Source of the DNA: a virus
Taxonomy: Duplodnaviria > Caudoviricetes
Virus record (IMG/VR): IMGVR_UViG_3300017747_003196
Coordinates: 1 to 39,268 of that record
Strand: one strand, 5' to 3'
Length of the DNA: 39,268 bases
Part shown: positions 34,361 to 39,268 of the stretch, one piece after another
How positions within the stretch are numbered: the stretch's first letter is position 1
How the letters are laid out: each line of letters opens with the position of its first letter
Position numbers and translations under genes: made by a program
Notes under the pieces: generated by a model
Told to the model about the DNA's origin: nothing
Seen by the model: only the letters and a program-made list of their open reading frames with translations
The model's database searches: none

Positions 34361-34389
34361 AGTATACTACCACTTGAGGGTATCGTAAA
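34361..34389 (-). promoter_or_regulatory. sigma70-like promoter of the putative sRNA
   Basis: -35 TTTACG (34389-34384), 17 bp, -10 TATACT (34366-34361). Confidence 0.6.
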
Positions 34390-34417
34390 CCCCATTCGCT
34401 ATATAGCGCGGAGTAAA

Positions 34418-35050
34418 ATGTTTGACCACCTTGTAACGGCAAGCGACGCTGATTTCGTGCCGGAAATTTTGGCCGCCGCTGGCGCTTTCACGCCTGATAG
34501 TAAAATTGCGCCCCATGAAATCATCGACGGCAAAGTGAAAACAGCCGAATGGTTACAAGAACTTGGCATCGATGATGACGAAGCTCTTGACGAAGCCGAA
34601 AAGAAAAGCGCGCAGCAAGCATTCGCCGCGCTCACCACGCCACTTGACGTCGAAGATCAGAAGAAAGCCTTGACAAACGTCGCAGTGCCGGGGGCTGTGA
34701 AGCACTTGGTAGGCATGCTGACCGCCTATGATTGGGCTTTTGTTGAGCAAGCCAAGGAGCTTAGAGGCTATTGCATTGCACAACTGCTTGAAGAATCGAA
34801 GCACCCCGATGCAAAAATAAGACTCAAAGCAGTTGAGTTGCTTGGTAAAGTCACAGAGGTAGCGCTCTTTACCGAACGCGTCGAGCTGAAGAAAACAGAG
34901 CTGTCTGACTCGGAGTTGCAAGCTGAAATTGACAAGCGCATGGGTAAATACATGCACTTGATGAAGGTTGTTGACGGCGAAACGCTTGACAACGAGCCCC
35001 CTCTAACAGAAACAGTGCCCCAAACCGATGACAGCCCCGCAGAGTCGTGA
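34418..35050 (+). CDS. Probable terminase small subunit
   Basis: Directly upstream of and overlapping terL. 'IRLKAVELLGK' helix motif, RBS GGAG. Confidence 0.65.
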   Translation: MFDHLVTASDADFVPEILAAAGAFTPDSKIAPHEIIDGKVKTAEWLQELGIDDDEALDEAEKKSAQQAFAALTTPLDVEDQKKALTNVAVPGAVKHLVGMLTAYDWAFVEQAKELRGYCIAQLLEESKHPDAKIRLKAVELLGKVTEVALFTERVELKKTELSDSELQAEIDKRMGKYMHLMKVVDGETLDNEPPLTETVPQTDDSPAES

Positions 35051-36503
35051 AGAGGGGGAAGCGCTGTTAAGCCTTCTGGACGAGCGAATCAAGCGTCTGG
35101 AGGTGAAAGCGTCCCAAAACGATCTGTTGGAGTTTGCCAAGAAGGTCTATCCTAACTACAGCGTCGGCGCGCACCACCGCCACATGGCTCGTATCTTCAA
35201 GGATGTGGCACTTGGCAAGAAAAAACGGGTGATCATCAACATTGCCCCGCGCCACGGCAAGTCCGAGCTGACATCGTTTCTTTTGCCGGCTTGGTATCTG
35301 GGGTTGCACCCGGATCATCAGATAATTATGGCCACGCACACCGCGTCGCTGTCCGAAGATTTTGGCGGCCGGGTAAGAAACTTGATTGCTTCTCCTGAGT
35401 ACGCGTCAATATTTACAAAAACCAAATTGGCGGACGACAAAAAGGGCGCAGGTAGCTGGGCGACGCAGGCAGGCGGTAAATATTACGCGGTTGGTGTGGG
35501 CGGTGCGCTGGCTGGGCGGGGTGCTAATCTGCTTGTAATCGACGATCCGCACTCGGAACAGGACTTGAAGAGCGGCAGCAAGCTGCCGTTTGAGCAGGCT
35601 TGGAATTGGTATCAAACCGGCCCGCGCCAGCGTTTGATGTGGGGCGGGGCCATCATCGTTGTGATGACCCGGTGGGGTGAGATTGATCTTACGTCCAAGC
35701 TGGTGAACTACCAGACCAAAAATCCCGACGCCGATCAGTGGGAAGTGGTTGAGTTTCCGGCTATTTTGCCCTCCGGAAAAGCGCTATGGCCCGAGAAGTG
35801 GCCGATCGAGGAGTTGGAGAAAACCAAAGCAACTATCGATCCGCGCTTCTGGAACGCGCAGTACATGCAGCAGCCGACGGCAGATGTGGCGGCGCTTATC
35901 AAGCGAGAGATGTGGCGCGTGTGGCCGGAAGAAGACCCGCCGCCGTGTGAATACGTGATACAGTCATGGGATACGGCGCACGATACCAAAACTTCGTCAG
36001 ACTATTCCGCCTGCACAACGTGGGGGGTTTGGTACAACGAAGAGGAAAACAATCGCCCAAGCTTGGTTTTGCTTGATGCTTTCAAAGATCGGATGGAGTT
36101 TCCGGAATTGAAGCAGGTTGCCTTTGACCATTGGAAATCGTGGAACCCAGACGCGTTCATTGTTGAAAAGAAAGCGGCGGGCGGCCCGTTGATTCAAGAA
36201 CTGCGCTCGATGGGTATACCTGTGCAGGAGTTTTCTCCCAGCCGGGGTAATGATAAAACCGTCCGGGTAAATGCAGTAAGCGACATGTTTAGTAGTGGGC
36301 TGGTTTGGGCACCAGACACGCGATGGGCTCGGGATGTAATTGAAGAGTTGGCAGCCTTCCCGGTGGGGGAGCATGACGACTATGTTGACACGACGACACA
36401 GGCTCTGCTGCGCTTCCGGCAAGGTGGGTTTATTCGTACCGATCTTGATGAAAAAGATGAGCCGCAGTTCTTCAAGCGGCGTAGACAGGCTGGATACTAC
36501 TAG
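35028..36503 (+). CDS. terL: Terminase large subunit
   Basis: APRHGKS Walker A, VIDDPH Walker B, MTRW, QSWDTA, VEKKA and HDDYVD nuclease motifs. Confidence 0.95.
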   Translation: MTAPQSREEGEALLSLLDERIKRLEVKASQNDLLEFAKKVYPNYSVGAHHRHMARIFKDVALGKKKRVIINIAPRHGKSELTSFLLPAWYLGLHPDHQIIMATHTASLSEDFGGRVRNLIASPEYASIFTKTKLADDKKGAGSWATQAGGKYYAVGVGGALAGRGANLLVIDDPHSEQDLKSGSKLPFEQAWNWYQTGPRQRLMWGGAIIVVMTRWGEIDLTSKLVNYQTKNPDADQWEVVEFPAILPSGKALWPEKWPIEELEKTKATIDPRFWNAQYMQQPTADVAALIKREMWRVWPEEDPPPCEYVIQSWDTAHDTKTSSDYSACTTWGVWYNEEENNRPSLVLLDAFKDRMEFPELKQVAFDHWKSWNPDAFIVEKKAAGGPLIQELRSMGIPVQEFSPSRGNDKTVRVNAVSDMFSSGLVWAPDTRWARDVIEELAAFPVGEHDDYVDTTTQALLRFRQGGFIRTDLDEKDEPQFFKRRRQAGYY

Positions 36504-36514
36504 GAGTTTACGGA

Positions 36515-36856
36515 ATGGCTAAGTCTCTTGTAAACGAAAAGGCTTTGCGGGCTGCATACCAGCTGCTCAAGGTGACGACGTTCAAGGACGTGAAGCTGCC
36601 GACCGCCAGTAGGGTAACTTTTAGAGCAGCAAAGCTGAAGAAGTATCACGCATTATATGAGTGGCCCGAACATGTAATGACCGTGAATGTGGATACAGAG
36701 GCTTTGTCGGACATGCTAAAGATTGTTGCGCACGAAATGATACACATAGCACTAGAGCACAACGCCAAGTGTGATCACGACCACCACGATGAGAATTTCA
36801 TTGAGATGGCTAATCAGGTCTGCAGAGACTTGAAATGGGACGGCGGCGTTTTGTAA
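36515..36856 (+). CDS. SprT-like/zincin HExxH protein
   Basis: VAHEMIHIA...H..NF, RBS AGGAG. Confidence 0.7.
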   Translation: MAKSLVNEKALRAAYQLLKVTTFKDVKLPTASRVTFRAAKLKKYHALYEWPEHVMTVNVDTEALSDMLKIVAHEMIHIALEHNAKCDHDHHDENFIEMANQVCRDLKWDGGVL

Positions 36857-36877
36857 GACATTTTTTAAGGATAAATC

Positions 36878-39268
36878 ATGGCAATAGACAAAGCACTGTA
36901 CGAAGCCCCCGTTGGCGTTGAAGAAGCCGCTATCGCGGAGCCGGAAGTTGAAATTGAAATCGTTGACCCGGAGTCGGTATCCATCGGCATAGATGGTGTT
37001 GAAATTGAACTTACACCGGGAAAAGAAACTTCGGAAGATTTTGGAGCCAACCTTGTTGAGTATATCGACGCAGGGGAGATGGAGTCCATTGTTTCGCAAG
37101 TTGCCGGGGATGTACGCAACGATTTGAATAGCCGCTCGGACTGGGAAAAAATGCTGAAGGAAGGCATCCAGTTGTTAGGTCTTAAATACGAAGAGCGAAG
37201 CGAGCCATGGTCGGGTGCGTGCGGTGTATTCCACCCCATGATTACTGAAGCGGTAATTCGTTTTCAAGCAGATACAATAATGGAAACGTTCCCTGCGCCC
37301 GGACCAGTCAAAACCAAGATTGTTGGCAAAGTTACGCGCGACAAGGAAGAAGCTGCGACGCGGGTTGCTGATGACCTTAACTGGCAGCTAACTGAAAACA
37401 TGACGGAGTTTCGCCCCGAGCATGAAAAGATGCTGTGGGGGCTGCCAGCATCTGGCGCTGCATTCAAGAAGGTCTACAAAGACCCGATGTTGGACCGCCA
37501 GACTTCTGTTTATGTGGCGGCGGAAGACATCATTTTGCCTTACGGCTCTTCTGATCTTCAGACCGCGCCGCGCATCACCCACCGCATGCGCAAGACCAAG
37601 AACGAAGTGGCCATGCTGCAGGCCGACGGGTTTTGGGTTGATAGCGATCTGGGCGAGCCGTCAAGGATGGTGGACGATATTCGCAAGACCAAGGACACAG
37701 AAGCTGGCGTGTCCGCTATTAACGACGACCGATACGTGATTGACGAAGTATGCGTAGACCTTGATTTGCCCGGATACGAAGATACCGATAAAGAGGGTAA
37801 CCCAACCGGTGTTGCGCTACCGTACATCCTGACTTACGTTGTGGGGTCCAATATCCCGTTGTCGCTGCGTCGCAACTGGCGCGAAAACGACAACAACCGC
37901 AGGAAGCGTTTGCACTACGTGCAGTATACGTATGTGCCCGGGTTTGGGCCTTACGGGTTCGGTCTCTTTCACCTGATTGGTGGTTACGCCAAGGCGGGTA
38001 CGTCCATTCTCCGCCAGTTAGTTGATGCAGGTACGCTGTCTAATCTGCCCGGAGGGCTGAAGTCGAGGGGTCTGCGCATCAAAGGGGATGACACGCCGAT
38101 CGCTCCGGGCGAGTTTAGGGACGTTGATGTGGGTAGCGGAGCCATACGGGACAACATTCTTCCGTTGCCTTACAAAGAACCGTCGCAGGTGCTGGCTGGG
38201 CTGCTGGACAAGATCATCGATGAAGGCCGACGGCTGGCTGCTTCCAGTGATTTAAAAGTTGCGGACATGTCCGCTCAGACCCCGGTTGGCACAACGCTCG
38301 CACTGCTGGAGCGGACGCTCAAGCCCCTGACGGCTGTGCAGGCACGGGTCCACTACTCGTTCAAGCAAGAACTGCAGTTGATTGCTGAGATTGTCCGCGA
38401 AGATTCTCCTGCTAACAAAGAGTATCCGTATGACGTGGACGCGCCGCAAGGGCGCAAGGCCAAGTACGAAGACTATCGTCATGTGGAGATTATTCCCGTC
38501 TCCGACCCCAACGCGGCGACGATGACGCAGCGAATTGTGCAGTACCAAGCCGTTATTCAACTATCCCAGAGCGCTCCGCAGATTTACAACTTGCCGGAAC
38601 TGCACAGGCAGATGTTGAATGTTTTGGGTATTAAAAATGTGGATAAACTGGTGCCGACGGAAGATGATCTTAAACCGATGGACCCGGTGACGGAAAATCA
38701 GAACATCCTGAACGGTAAACCCGTGAAAGCGTTTGCATATCAGGACCACGAAGCACATATTGCGGTCCACATGATGATGAAACAAGACCCGCTTATCCAG
38801 CAGATCGTAGGGCAAAATCCGCGCGTTAATGCTCTTGTTGCCGGGTTGGAAGCGCATGTTGCCGAACACGTTGGGTTTGCATACAAAAACAAAATCAGCG
38901 AAGCGCTGGGTGTGGCTATTCCGCATGCGGATGCTGATGAAGGTATGCCGGAAGAAATTGAATTTCAATTATCCAAGTTGCTTGCACAGGCTGCCCCGCA
39001 AGTTCTTGCGCAAAGTAAAGCAATGGTTGCACAACAGCAGGCCCAGCAGAATATGCAAGACCCCCTGCTGCAGCTTCAGAAACAAGAGTTGGACCTTAAA
39101 GCACAGAAGCAGCAACAAGACGCTGCATATAGAGACAAGAAACTTGCAGTAGATTCGGCCGCTAAAGCAGATGAATTGCAGCTGCGGGAACAGGAAATTG
39201 CGGGGCGACAGCGGATAGATTCGCTGCGCGTGGTTACGGACGCTGCGGCTAAAGCCGCACAATCTGAA
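36878..39268 (+). CDS. Portal protein, 3'-truncated (absent from ORF track, consistent with no stop before the window end)
   Basis: ATG at 36878 after AAGGA. Segments I translated: MAIDKALYEAP, SRSDWE, PWSGACGVFHP, FKKVY, PGFGPYGFGL, LRQLVDAGTLSNLP, and a Q-rich barrel-like tail. Confidence 0.88.
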   Translation, partial: MAIDKALYEAPVGVEEAAIAEPEVEIEIVDPESVSIGIDGVEIELTPGKETSEDFGANLVEYIDAGEMESIVSQVAGDVRNDLNSRSDWEKMLKEGIQLLGLKYEERSEPWSGACGVFHPMITEAVIRFQADTIMETFPAPGPVKTKIVGKVTRDKEEAATRVADDLNWQLTENMTEFRPEHEKMLWGLPASGAAFKKVYKDPMLDRQTSVYVAAEDIILPYGSSDLQTAPRITHRMRKTKNEVAMLQADGFWVDSDLGEPSRMVDDIRKTKDTEAGVSAINDDRYVIDEVCVDLDLPGYEDTDKEGNPTGVALPYILTYVVGSNIPLSLRRNWRENDNNRRKRLHYVQYTYVPGFGPYGFGLFHLIGGYAKAGTSILRQLVDAGTLSNLPGGLKSRGLRIKGDDTPIAPGEFRDVDVGSGAIRDNILPLPYKEPSQVLAGLLDKIIDEGRRLAASSDLKVADMSAQTPVGTTLALLERTLKPLTAVQARVHYSFKQELQLIAEIVREDSPANKEYPYDVDAPQGRKAKYEDYRHVEIIPVSDPNAATMTQRIVQYQAVIQLSQSAPQIYNLPELHRQMLNVLGIKNVDKLVPTEDDLKPMDPVTENQNILNGKPVKAFAYQDHEAHIAVHMMMKQDPLIQQIVGQNPRVNALVAGLEAHVAEHVGFAYKNKISEALGVAIPHADADEGMPEEIEFQLSKLLAQAAPQVLAQSKAMVAQQQAQQNMQDPLLQLQKQELDLKAQKQQQDAAYRDKKLAVDSAAKADELQLREQEIAGRQRIDSLRVVTDAAAKAAQSE

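Noticed and set aside
34343-34378. Plus-strand minigene after GAAGGAG (TTG CAG TAT ACT ACC ACT TGA)
   Set aside because: The TTG is only 1 nt from the SD. The minus-strand promoter and terminator explain the site better.
36865-39262. Minus-strand and short plus-strand ORFs listed over the last 2.4 kb
   Set aside because: The region is explained by the portal frame starting at 36878, which runs off the window.

Overview
About 39 kb of a tailed dsDNA phage genome, probably podovirus-like, that appears circularly permuted. 1-13242 (+): virion/ejection genes ending in a 2933-aa large polyvalent protein. 13220-25908 (-): replication block (primase-helicase, HTH, SSB, SNF2 helicase, HNH, PD-(D/E)XK nuclease, family A DNA polymerase, VRR-NUC) plus small ORFs. 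25917-29593 (-): MoxR-type AAA / vWA-metallopeptidase / DUF3150-like cluster. 29702-33984 (-): early region of small genes, with a repeated palindrome (AAAGTGGGAC-N4/5-GTCCCACTTT) and an origin-like nested inverted repeat. 34418-end (+): terS, terL, SprT-like peptidase, portal (truncated). No capsid, integrase, tRNA or CRISPR was seen. Top hypothesis: a ~70-nt minus-strand small RNA (34287-34357) with its own sigma70-like promoter and intrinsic terminator. Its 5' seed is the exact complement of three phage ribosome-binding sites and its terminator hairpin is near-complementary to the primase-helicase RBS. A second antisense segment in the SSB-operon leader (18079-18089) is complementary to the RBS motif shared by the early genes. 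Together these suggest an RNA-based anti-Shine-Dalgarno timing cascade. All family calls come from motif recognition by eye; no database searches were run.
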